Positions 14,101 through 26,000 of a stretch of 46,413 bases of DNA are shown here, in pieces; the first letter of the stretch is position 1; each line of letters opens with the position of its first letter. The stretch is taken from positions 124,001 to 170,413 of the forward strand of contig KZ538000.1 of NCBI GenBank assembly GCA_000934665.2, in the 5' to 3' direction. The translations under genes were made by a program, and so were the position numbers. Origin of the DNA: Catajapyx aquilonaris (Eukaryota). The notes beneath the pieces were generated by a model. It saw only the letters and a program-made list of their open reading frames with translations. It searched no databases and was not told the DNA's origin.

Positions 14101-17100
14101 TGCGGAGGCAATTGCGAGTAGTTTTATGCTTTTCTCCCGTGGGTTCGACTCTACGAGTCCGTTCACGAAAGTTTCCAGCCATCATCAACTGCACCAACAT
14201 CGACTGGTTTAAAGAGTGGCCTCAGGAAGCACTCGTGTCTGTGTCGCGTCGATTCCTAGATGAAATCGAAGTCCTCCCGGTGAGTGTCCTTTTGTCACTA
14301 TCATTTGCCCATATTTGTAGCCGGTTCGCTCAATTCGCTCTCTGGCTGGTATTGGAGGGACAAAATCATGTGCCTTTGTAAGAGGCTTCAAGGATTGTAT
14401 TGTCATGTCAGATACTGCGGAAGGGCTGTGAGTCCCTCTGCCGGAAAACATGAAAGAAAATTCGGAATAGCGTGGACTAGACATGACCTACGGAACCTGC
14501 GCCACTGATTTCATATAAATAAACAAATAAATATTGGGATGCAACAACAGTACCAATAGCACAGCTTATATGACCACATTTTCATTTTTAAACATCTTGC
14601 ATTCAAAGGACAACAACTCATATTACGTCACTTCTTGCTATTCTAGTGGGCGGACATCTTTCTGCTCCGTTTCTCCTGACGTAACCCTGAAATATCTCAC
14701 TCATTCATATCCACCAGAAAAGAACTTCCTGTCATTCCTTACATTCATTAGACACCCACGCCCTTTTCCTCTGCAATATTTTCTCTGTCGTTTTTCAGGC
14801 ACGTTCCAACTTATGAGGAGATAATATAGAATGCATAATGTTGTACGATTTTTGCGTATAATGTGCGAGTGAATGAGTCGCAGGAAGTAAGAGAAGTGAT
14901 GAGATAACAGCTTTCGAATTTTGGAGAAAAATTGTGCATTTGGAAACATAATTCACATAATTTACATAAATGGTATCGTACTCTCGGACAAAAAAATTCA
15001 GCCAAACAATTCCTGGCACTACACTACCATTAGCACATTACTGAAAAATTAACTCGTACCTCGGCAAGCAGCGCGCATGTGGTCGCGGGTGGAAGCATGC
15101 CCAAGCGCGAGTTGATTCATACACACTTCCATCTCCGCCCACTCGCCTGGCTGCTTGGCGCTGCTTGCGGGGGTACAAGGCAGCCAATTAAAAATATATG
15201 AAAAATCACTGTCGTTCTGTGATTGAATAGCACCAGAATACTCGTAAGTTTGGCCTAAACGTTTCTGTGAAATAGTACATCGCTAACACTTTCATCTGGG
15301 TACGAGTCTATCCATCATGATGTATTGCCTCTTCTACTTAGATTACTAAACATGCCTTTAGACATGTAAGTAGAGTGACCGGTTCATGTATTCAATGCCG
15401 TCATCCAACTTGCATACTAATGCTAAGCTGAGATTATTCATGATGGATAGATTCGTGTCAAGGTGCACTTGTCAGCATGGTACAGTATATGAAAGGAGTC
15501 CTACACTGCTGAAGTCTCCTTTAAGAGAATGGTATACGTAAAACTTATGGGCTGTTCACTCCAAAAACAGGTTTAATGAAAAGCATCAAGTAATGAGAAG
15601 TGAATGTGAGCCAGATTGTAGCTTCCAAAGGGTTTTTGCTTATTCTTTGTATTTATTGGTTACCATGGTAAATAATCCCTAACTTCTCCCCATACCTCTG
15701 GCACTCTCTTGAACTGGGGACTTGGCAGTGAATCAACCTGCAAAATTATGTACTGCCATAATTATTTATGCACATAACGTAGAATCTTCAATATACTACT
15801 ATAATTGTAATTTCCCAACTTCCTGTCTAGTTCTGGATCATTGTAACCCATTGTAATCTTAATACTGTACACAAATGCCCCTCGTGTACTGTACAATAAT
15901 GTGTTGCCTTGCATTCTTTTTTAAACGTTCACAATATATTCTGAAGCAAGGAGGTGGGAATTCATAAAAATACCTCGAGTTAATTCATTTAACTAATTGC
16001 TCCTCAAAAATGTCATCACACTTTGATCCAATCATGGAAAAATATAATAATGTCCTTTATTTTCTGTCCACCCAACCCATTTCCCCAGCAACCCCAATAT
16101 TAACTTTAATCGACAGTCCAGGTACCAGGATACTATTTTATGGATAATAATCCGATTAGCCCATCAGCACTCATGAATCATATTTTGTGCTACTACATAA
16201 TATTTAACAAATATTTAATCAGCTGCCAACATTGCCTGGTAAAATTATGCAACTTTAATAATCGATTGGCTACAACAAACCAATCTGCTGCTAGTCATAA
16301 AAGATTGCAAGTTGCGCCAATAATGTAGTGAATTATCAATCAATTAGATTCTTGAAACTATGGGATAATTATTTATTAATTTCGTAGCAAAAATTCTACT
16401 AAGAGGTCGTTCATGTAGGGTAGTTGTTACCAATGTAACATATTATATTATTGACTTCTTGAACAATTGTGCTGCCTTTTGCAGGAGGAACTGCGCGACT
16501 CAGTGGCTGAATTCATGGCTTACGTTCACATGTCCGTCAACGAGATATCCAAGACTTACTTGCAAAACGAGCGGCGATACAATTACACCACTCCAAAATC
16601 CTTCTTGGAACAAATCCATCTGTACACAAAGCTGCTCAAGAGCCAAAGTGCTGAACTCACAGGCCGGATTCAGCGCTTGGAAAATGGACTGGATAAGCTT
16701 CACAGCTGTTCCAAGCAGGTCAAGTGTCGAGTTAATTTGCAGAAAATTGTAGTTGCCAGCTTTTGAATCTAAGCCATACCGGATTCATGGATGCGAAAAC
16801 GGTTTCAAATGTTTCCGCTTAGAGTGTGATAACCTGACTAGTGCGCTAGGCATGTGCAGCAGCTAAAAACCTTTCAGAAAGTCATGCAGGACCTAATTGC
16901 ATCCTGAAATACTTTTTTTGTTGCATTCATTAGCAGTTACGAGTTTTAATGTGTATGTCCAAATGCGACAGACATTTTCGAGGGGGGAAGTTGTTCAATT
17001 TCCGTCCTTTTGCTATCAGGTGGACGAGCTGAAAGTTGTGCTGGCGAAGCAAGAAGTGGTTGTGAAGCAGAAAAATGAAGACGCCGAGAGGCTGATTCAG

Positions 17101-20100
17101 ATTGTTGGTACTGAAGCCGGAAAAGTCGGGAAAGAAAAGGAAATTGGTAAATGACGGGTACTTTCACAAGTAAATGAGGAAAATGCGCCTGTAATTGCTA
17201 TGGTGCAAAAGCCGATAAGAGTAGTGCTTCACTGAAATATGTGAAAAAAGATGATGTAGTAGTTTCGGACAAACATACCATGCTGCTATACACACAACTA
17301 TCAGCATTCTGGGAATGTGGAGGTTACGGTTACTTGTTAGAATGCTTATGGTTGTGTAGAATCAGAATACGTTTGTCCGAAACTTTTTGACGTATTATAG
17401 CACATTGGTCATTCCATTTCAGTTCGGACCAGACCAGCCAGATTAGCCGTTGGTATCATGGATGTGGTTCAAACTTTTTAAAGCTCTAAACAAACCTTAC
17501 CTATGACTATTCGTCTGAAAAAGTTTTTGACAGAATTATGGGGGAGGGTGGAATTTGTGATCAAGACGCTACACGGTGTCCGAAAAGGGACGACGCGACG
17601 CGACGGTACAGTACCTCCCTTAATATCGACCGTAGAGAGCAGCCCTGGAGCTTTATGTCATTGTACAAGTGGAAGAAAGGCAGACCTACAAATTGTTTGA
17701 AAATGTTGCAAATTTTCAGAATAACTAGTAAATTAAAATTTATTCCTGACGACTGGCCCTAGGGATGTTTGTTTGTAGGATGGAGTCTATTTCCACTATA
17801 AAAAGTGTGAATGTTATCTGATGAGATACCAAGGATTAATCTTGATATGAGCTGATATGGAATGACCCATTTATATTTTAGGAAACGGAGCTCGTATTTA
17901 AGGTACAGTACCGTATATAATGCAGATGTGTTCTCGAGATGAATCTAACATAATAACTACTCCCCTTTCTTCTTTAATAACACACCCATTATGTGTTTGA
18001 GATTAAACTTATTTGTTTTGGTTTCGGACTACGACATGTACGTACATGTTTCCTATGTTTTATCCTGGACAATGCTTCAAGTTGATTTTGGTAGTTTTAC
18101 GACACTCATTATTACCTGTATTTGCAATTCATTGCTAGCCTGTAAAAGCACATAAAATCACGTAAAATAGGATAAAATCATATACAATGCGCGTTTCCTA
18201 TTGTTTATTCTGTACAATTTCAGCTCATGTAGCCCCCCTTTCCCCCCTTTTCCCCCTGGTTAAATTAGTTATTGTTACTTCTCAAACACAATCAGCTGAT
18301 TTATAAGTCCAATTATAGAGTTCGTCCAGAAAGTGTACAACTGATAATTTTTAAATAATGTGTTATCCAGTTACATAAAGCACGAGTGGCATGATTTTAA
18401 TTCTGCTACATAAAATACAATAGACCTACTGACCACTCATGACATTACACTACGTGAGGCAAGTAGAATTTTACAAATGCCCCCTAATGACACCCATTGT
18501 AATCATGTCGAACATAATGAAACGCCGTACCACAGCTTGCCTTGTGACTCGAGATGAAACGGAGACTAATCCGACTGCAGAACAGCAGATAGTATCGGAA
18601 TGTTCCTTATTACGTCATAAGCCACCTTTACGTATAACCCGTCCAAGTTTGTTTGCACGGCTCTCTAATACTCACAGGCATAGTGGAGGAGCGCAAAGTT
18701 GCTTTGTTCAATCAAGAAGTTTCAAAAAAGCAGCGCGAATGCGAAGAGGACTTGAAACGCGCTCAACCCGCCCTCGAAGCCGCTAAAGAAGCTCTCAACA
18801 CCCTGAATAAGGCATTGAAAATTAAACTGCCTTTGTTAGTCTGGACCACAATGTGGTGTAGCTACTCATTTCTTTCTCCTTCCTTCAGAACAATCTGACG
18901 GAACTCAAGTCATTCGGATCTCCTCCAGCTGCAGTCACCAATGTTACAGCAGCCGTCATGGTTCTCTTGGCTAAAAAGGACAGGATTCCTAAAGATAGGA
19001 GTTGGAAGGCGACCAAGGTGTACCCTTGCTACTGGTAGACTTGTACGGTACTATCAACTGTTCCCACTTTCTTGTTTCAGACCATGATGGGGAAAGTAGA
19101 TCAGTTTCTAGACGCTTTAATCAACTATGACAAAGAAAACGTCCCTAGTGATGTGATGAAGGCAATCAAGCCGTATCTCGAAAACCCGGAATTTAACCCG
19201 GACTTTATACGGTCCAAGTCTATAGCAGCTGCAGGTTGTGATTAATATCTTCATATTTTATCGAGAGGTGAAGCATCGGAACCGCTTTTCTTCCCTCAGG
19301 GCTTTGCGCATGGGTCATCAACATTATCAACTTCTACGAGGTCTTTTGCGAGGTGGAACCCAAAAGACTGGCATTGTTGAAGGCTAACAATGAGCTGGCT
19401 GGTGCTCAAGAGAAACTTAGCAATATTAAAGCTAAGATAGCCGTATGTAGTATTCGATCGTACTGCTTTGGTAAGAAAGCCGATTGCGTCACACTAACAG
19501 GAAAAAGAGCCTGATATTAAATTAAATATAAATTAAAGCTAACTTTCATTTGAGAATTCCTATCATGAAAACAGTTTCTGCACTGTAGACACGCCAATAT
19601 AAGTCAAGGCACCATTCGCACAACTCTCCCTCAGGGTTTGGAAGAGCAACTGGCATCACTGACGGCAGAATTCGAGGCAGCAACTGCAGCAAAATTGAAG
19701 GTCCAGGAAGAAGTGGACGCCACCAATCGCACCATCAACTTGGCCAACCGTTTGGTCGGAGGCTTGGCCTCGGAAAACGTGCGATGGAACGAGGCCGTCA
19801 GGCAATTCCGGATACGAGAGACCACCCTGCCTGGAGACATTCTGCTGGTCACTGCTTTCGTTTCATACGTGGGATGTTTCACCAAGCAATACCGCATGGA
19901 CCTAGTGGACAGGATGTGGTTGCCATATGTACAGGGACTGAAAGTTCCTGTGCCCATAACCCCAGGCCTGGACCCATTGGCCTTGCTTACTGATGATGCG
20001 CAGATTGCTCGATGGAACAATGAGGGATTGCCCAGTGACAGGATGTCTACTGAGAATGCGACTATTTTGACTAATTCGCACAGGTGGCCACTCATGATTG

Positions 20101-22938
20101 ATCCTCAGGTAGGTGCCTTTAAGTCATCAATATTTCTAGTTGAATTCGGTAATAAATGGGTTAAAGTTTTTCCATAATAATATAATCTGGCTCATTTCAG
20201 CATTTAAAATATACCGGTATCTAATAAAATAATGTGCCAATATTTTATCAAATCCCGTCGTGCCTTTTATACAGGATGAAAGTGCAGAAACAAGTTTGAA
20301 TATTATTTGCATCTCTTGTGTTATAGGCCTACTCTCAAACGCGCCAGCAATGATTGCGCACTGATAGGGATCATGATGCAAAACAATTGTGCATAAAATT
20401 GCGCGGGTCCAAATGAGGAAATGTCAACATTTACACTGGGTCCAAATATACAATATGTGCCACAGTACAGCCCAAATTTTCAATAGTAGGCCTATTGATA
20501 TTTTCTCGATTTTTCGCACAATAAATTACAGTATACGTGTGTATACGCAAATATTTTACTCAATTTTGCGAATAGTTATTGCAAAGCCCCCAGGAGATAA
20601 AGCTCATGTGCTTATACAGTACCGGTACCTCTTCATTCAATAATATTTCCAGAGAATAATATTCCATATTTCCAGGCACTCAGCCTATTATGACGTAACG
20701 ACACATAAAATGTTAGAGTCACATAAGCATAAAATGCATCTGAGATTTTAAACTATTGCTTACCGGTAATTTTTCCGTGTTGTTCAGTAGCCAGAAAATT
20801 GGTCCAGTTTTAAGCGCTTATTTGACACATATCAGTCATTTCACAATAGTATCATCAAAATCGCCAAAATTTTACTTTCCATACTTGAAAACCGAACTAT
20901 ATCACACGAACAGGCTCTTAAGGTCAGACAGCTATAATATCCTCGCATAATCATAAATTCCCTCAAATATTCCAAAATCTTTTCTCTCCCCGCAGCTGCA
21001 AGGAGTCAAATGGATCAAGACCAAATATGGCGACGACCTGACCATCATTCGTCTGGGACAAAAAGGCTATTTGGACACAATCGAGCGCTCCATTTCCAAG
21101 GGCGAAGTGGTTTTGATTGAAAATATCGGCGAAAATGTCGACCCTGTTCTCGACCCGCTTCTGGGACGCAATCTGATTAAGAAGGGAAAGTACGCACGTT
21201 TCTCATTCCTCTCTCCCTTATTAAGAGCATGAATATTTTCTCGCTCGTTAGAAGAATTTAAGAAGGCTTATAACTTGACACCCCATAATTCCGCCAACAA
21301 CTGGTAATACTGCAGCCTTGCCAAATACCAAAGGCGTCTACAAGCTTGGGGTTTTACAATCCGTCTGCTCATTAATAATAGAAAAGGAGACGGAAAATTC
21401 GTACCGGAAGATATCCTGCTGACGGTATAGCTAACGATGTCGTGCTGCTACGGACTTTTATCCCGACCTTAAAATACGATGCTCAGCTCAAAATGTTCCC
21501 TCTAGGAACCCAGAAAAAGGCGTGTCCTGCATGGACGGATTAATTAATTAATTAAATGACACAGTATAATAATTTATGAAGGAGTTGTGTCAAGTGGGTT
21601 GTCTCCTCTCGAAAGTGCACATGCTTTTGTACAATTTCCGTCACACTTGACAAGTCATTGCAGGCCTTTCTGGTTCCCAAATCTGCATATTTCAATAAGT
21701 AATTGAAGGGGTCGGTGCAATACTGCCCTAACCCTCCAAAACCTGATTTCGAGAAAAACGCATTTGAAAGTTTGAGATGACCCATAAATCACATTTTCCA
21801 TGGGACAATTTTCATTTCTACCCCAATATACAAGGCACTAATAAGGAACATTTACGTGCTATTATGATGATGATGATGCACCACCCACTCTCAGAATGAA
21901 CAAAATAAGGTGGCCGCGTGTGAAAAAAAGGGTTAGGGCAGTATTGCACCCAACTTGTAATGCGAACTAAATTGGTCAAGAACGTATCACAAGTTAGTTT
22001 AATGTTCATATAAATGATATCAAATGAACTGTCGTGAGATGAGGAACATTTTGGTGGCAACTGGTTTAACCTAGATTGTAAAATAAAAATGTTAAAAAAT
22101 AATCGCATTATTGATCAAAACGGACACATTTCATATTGTCCAATGTCATGGTTAAACACATGCTAAGGGTGTGGAATTAATATGGTAGGTATACGTACAT
22201 TGTCATCTGATCATTACTATACTGTCGAAGGACAACATCACAGGTCAAGCAGTCTTGGAAATAAAACTTCTGAAATGTCTGTTTTCCACTAATTTGGTCA
22301 TCTTTGGGGTCATTTTTTTCGGTGTGGGGCTGGGTCAATTTTTAAGTTATCGCAGAAACGTCTTTTCATGCATAACATAGCGGTATAAGAACTGTTCACC
22401 TACCATGAATGGTTCACTCGCAACATCAAATACCGTGGAGTAGCCTATAGAGGGCTTTTTCCGACATTTCAGATTTATTATCTCCAAGTCTGCTTAACCT
22501 TGATGTTGTCCTGCAGTAGTAATGACTACTGATGATCAGATGACAATGTACCTACCATATTAATTCCACACGCTTAGCATGTATTTAACAATGACATTGG
22601 ACCATATGAAATGTGTCCGTTTTGCACAATAACGCGATTTTTTTTAGCATTTTAATTTTACAATCTAGGTTAAACACGTTGCCACAAAAATAATGTTCCT
22701 CATCTCACAACAGTTCATTTGATATAATATAAACAAGAGGGTACAACAATAACTTCACCTGAAATAAATGGTCCTTCCGGCTCCATTGTTGCTGAAAGAC
22801 GTTGCCATATCTCCGTGGGATTTTCACCTGGGAGGCTCTTAACTTTATTTTTGGCAACACCTCAATGATTTCTATATCAAATTATGAGATGGTCGAGCCA
22901 CCAAGTTGTCTGTCTAGACATGGAATGACCCAACTACG

Positions 22939-23012
<74 letters not shown>

Positions 23013-26000
23013 GCTGCAATAGACTACTACTTTGCACATCATCATTATCAGGATCGAACTCTGAATCTTAGGTCATCAGGCAAAAGCTCGCTATTTAAGC
23101 CCAACTCGTGAGACACAGCTGCTCGCAGCTGCATCCTGCGCGCTGCAATATTTGAAGACGGAGGGTTAGGGCGGTTTTGCTGCAGAAAAGGCATTCATAA
23201 CCTTGGAGCAATAAAAACATTGTTTTATTTCTCACCGACAAATGGCAGAAACTGGACAATCTCAGGGTACTTTATTAGATATGTGAGTGTAGTATATGGA
23301 AGTGCGCGAAACTCAATTTGTGTCATTTGGTGGGTTAGGGCAGTATTTCACCGACCCCTTCAATTGCTAGTGGAAATCTGGCTTAGGTGACACTTACGAC
23401 CATGACCTTAGAATAGTCAGGTCTGGTCACTCCCACTTATCGCCTGCCGGGACGTTTTGCATGAGGTGCTCACTTGAGAACGCCATGAGACAACTTTTCA
23501 CTGCTGGATTATGTGGCGACCCTACCGGACTACTCTGAACTTAGGTAGAAGAGAAGCCACTACATGCCGGCCCAACATGGGCGCCTGCCCCCCCCCCCCC
23601 CCAATGTAGCGCTTCCCTTTTGTACCTATAAAGTTTAGCGTAATCCGGATATCAATAACCACATAATCCAGTGCTCAGTGAAAGGTCTCATGACGCTCTC
23701 AGGTGAGCACCCCATGCAAAACACCCCGGCAGGCGATAAGATGAGACTGTATAGGGGTAGTGTCCGTGGGCTGCTTACGACAATGAGGCAGGGTAAAATG
23801 TGTTGGATTAGTTGCCATAATCGCGCATGCGCACTCCATTACCGCCTCCCTTCGGGCTCTATCAGTACAATGCGCGTGAGCCGGTTGTACCTTGTATGAA
23901 AGCGAGATCATGACAATCTCACCTACCTCTCTAGTATGTTACGTTATGATATCAGCTATTAAAAATGGTAAAATAATCTACATTGTACATTATCTTTTTA
24001 AAAAAATCCAATATTATCTAAATATTGCATGCAACATGACAGAATGACTCTTACAGTTAGTGACATGATTCGTAACGTCATAGACAATCAGTGTGTGGCA
24101 GGACATAGTTGACAGATATTTTATTGACTTGATGTGGTTATGTAGCTATAATTATGATACTTCTCTGAACCGGTCTGACGGACTTGGGAGACACGAAGAA
24201 ATGGAATGGTAACTATAGCCACAAGCGTCTATTTATGGACATCTTGAAAAGACGTGCCCAGTTGAATAGAGCACTAAGGATGATTGCCTCAATGTGAAAT
24301 TACAAAGATACATTTGAGAGAGAACAGCAGTGTTTGTACTGTATATACTGTGTATACTATCTCAGGTGGAGGTTTGCCTTTGATATCTGAAATAACTTTT
24401 TGCTGCTACTGAGCCGTCAAAGTGGGATCCATTTTCGCAATCTACGTATATTGGGCTCTGCTGTATAAACATAATAAGAGATATTGTGATGAATATTGGG
24501 AGTGAGGCAGTGGTATAACGTAAATGTCGTTGATTCAGGTACACAAAATCATGCGGAATGTTTCGTAATGATTCCAGAGAAACTTCCGAGTAGGACTTCT
24601 GGGCACCTGACTGTGACTTTATGTAATGGTGTTATTTTGGTCTCCACAGCCTCGTAATCAATGTAATGGGCTTCAAAAGTACAGTATAAAATATCCTGGC
24701 TTAAGTAAGTTTCCTCCTAGCAACTTTCCTTTTTAATTTATTAAGAAATGGATGTTACCGTGCAATTTCAATAATTTAAAACCACCTCCTTAGATGTAAC
24801 AGGCAGTCGACGATGGGATGCTATAGCTAATAGGTTAATCTGACTTTGTTCGTGGTCAGATAGCATAATATTAATATCGCCATGAGTGTATCCTCAACGC
24901 TGTCCTTTTTCACAATTTTACGATTAATACCGTTTAGTCGTCAGCAGGTCAGCTCGGCCATTACTGCCCAACATAGTTCTTTGTCCGGATGTCCCAAAAT
25001 ATACACACAGATTCAATTTTCAAAACATCAAGCCACCTTCAAAGAGGATGCCGATAAAAATTTTCCGCAAATTTGTTGAAGCTCCAAGCGGAAGGTGCGA
25101 ATTTCCAAAGTTTGAAACTAGCTGTGGGTCACGTGACCGCGGATGACAACATGAACAACCTCACTTCAACAATGGTGGCATTTCCGGGCAGTGAGTTGGT
25201 TCCCCCATCTGAAGCCATGCCTGGTCCTTTTGTTGCTGTCGGATGGGACTATATCCAACGGGAAGGATGTCGCGTTGCTGTCTGTAGCATTTCCAGGGCC
25301 GTGAAGCTCAAATAAGAGTGGCCAGCACAAATTGAAAGGGGTCGCGGGTGAGGTCATCGGTGCACGTCTATAATACGCCGTACCGGTATACATCAGTAGG
25401 ACTGACCAATAATAATCCAAAATAATAATGAAGGGTCGCTTCAAAGCAGGATGTCCTCCATCAAGTGTCCTTATTCGCCGCCCACTTTTATATGTCAACC
25501 ATGATTTTATTGTTGACCAGGTGACCATCAGTGACAGTAGCGAGGGAGATAGAGGGTGCAGGAGGAGCGTCTTTTATGTCACATTTTAATCAGGCTAGAG
25601 GCATTTTTATAGTTACATGTGTCACTTTTCGGACACTGGGTGCCCATTCGAACACATTCCACACATTACCCAGAATTGTTGCATTTGGAGACAGTTGGCC
25701 CTTTAGGACAATTTACGTTGTCCCACATCTAGTATAGAAAAACATCTGAAAAACAGTGTCTGGCACCATTGCATTATAGGAATGGGATTAGTTCATCCTG
25801 ATTAATGGAGGTGCATGGAATTGAATGGCATGAAAGCCACTGGCGAACTGAATTGAATGGAATAGTATGGCATTAATTGGTGGGTGAATGGAATTTGATT
25901 GGAAGGAGATGAAAAAGGCGAATAAGTGCTCAGCGCACTGACATGAATGAATTCACTTCTGCATGATCGGTGTCCATCACCTCTTGCAAAAATAAATACA

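Larger units (their letters stand above)
21705..23361. mobile_element. Non-autonomous DNA transposon with 30-bp TIRs and AATT flanks (possibly Sola-like), composite
   Basis: AATT|GAAGGGGTCGGTGCAATACTGCCCTAACCC ... GGGTTAGGGCAGTATTTCACCGACCCCTTC|AATT (1 mismatch); extra partial TIR copy at 21930-21950. Confidence 0.8.

Noticed and set aside
19631..20095. 154-aa minus-strand ORF (also 12918-13142, 26451-26729, 33949-34185, 36925-37347, 39738-39965, 44484-44738)
   Set aside because: Antisense shadows of dynein exons with no independent motifs.
22802..23071. Poly-Leu and poly-Thr ORFs (also 1937-2173 and 33627-33866)
   Set aside because: Translations of (ATT)n and (GTA)n microsatellites.
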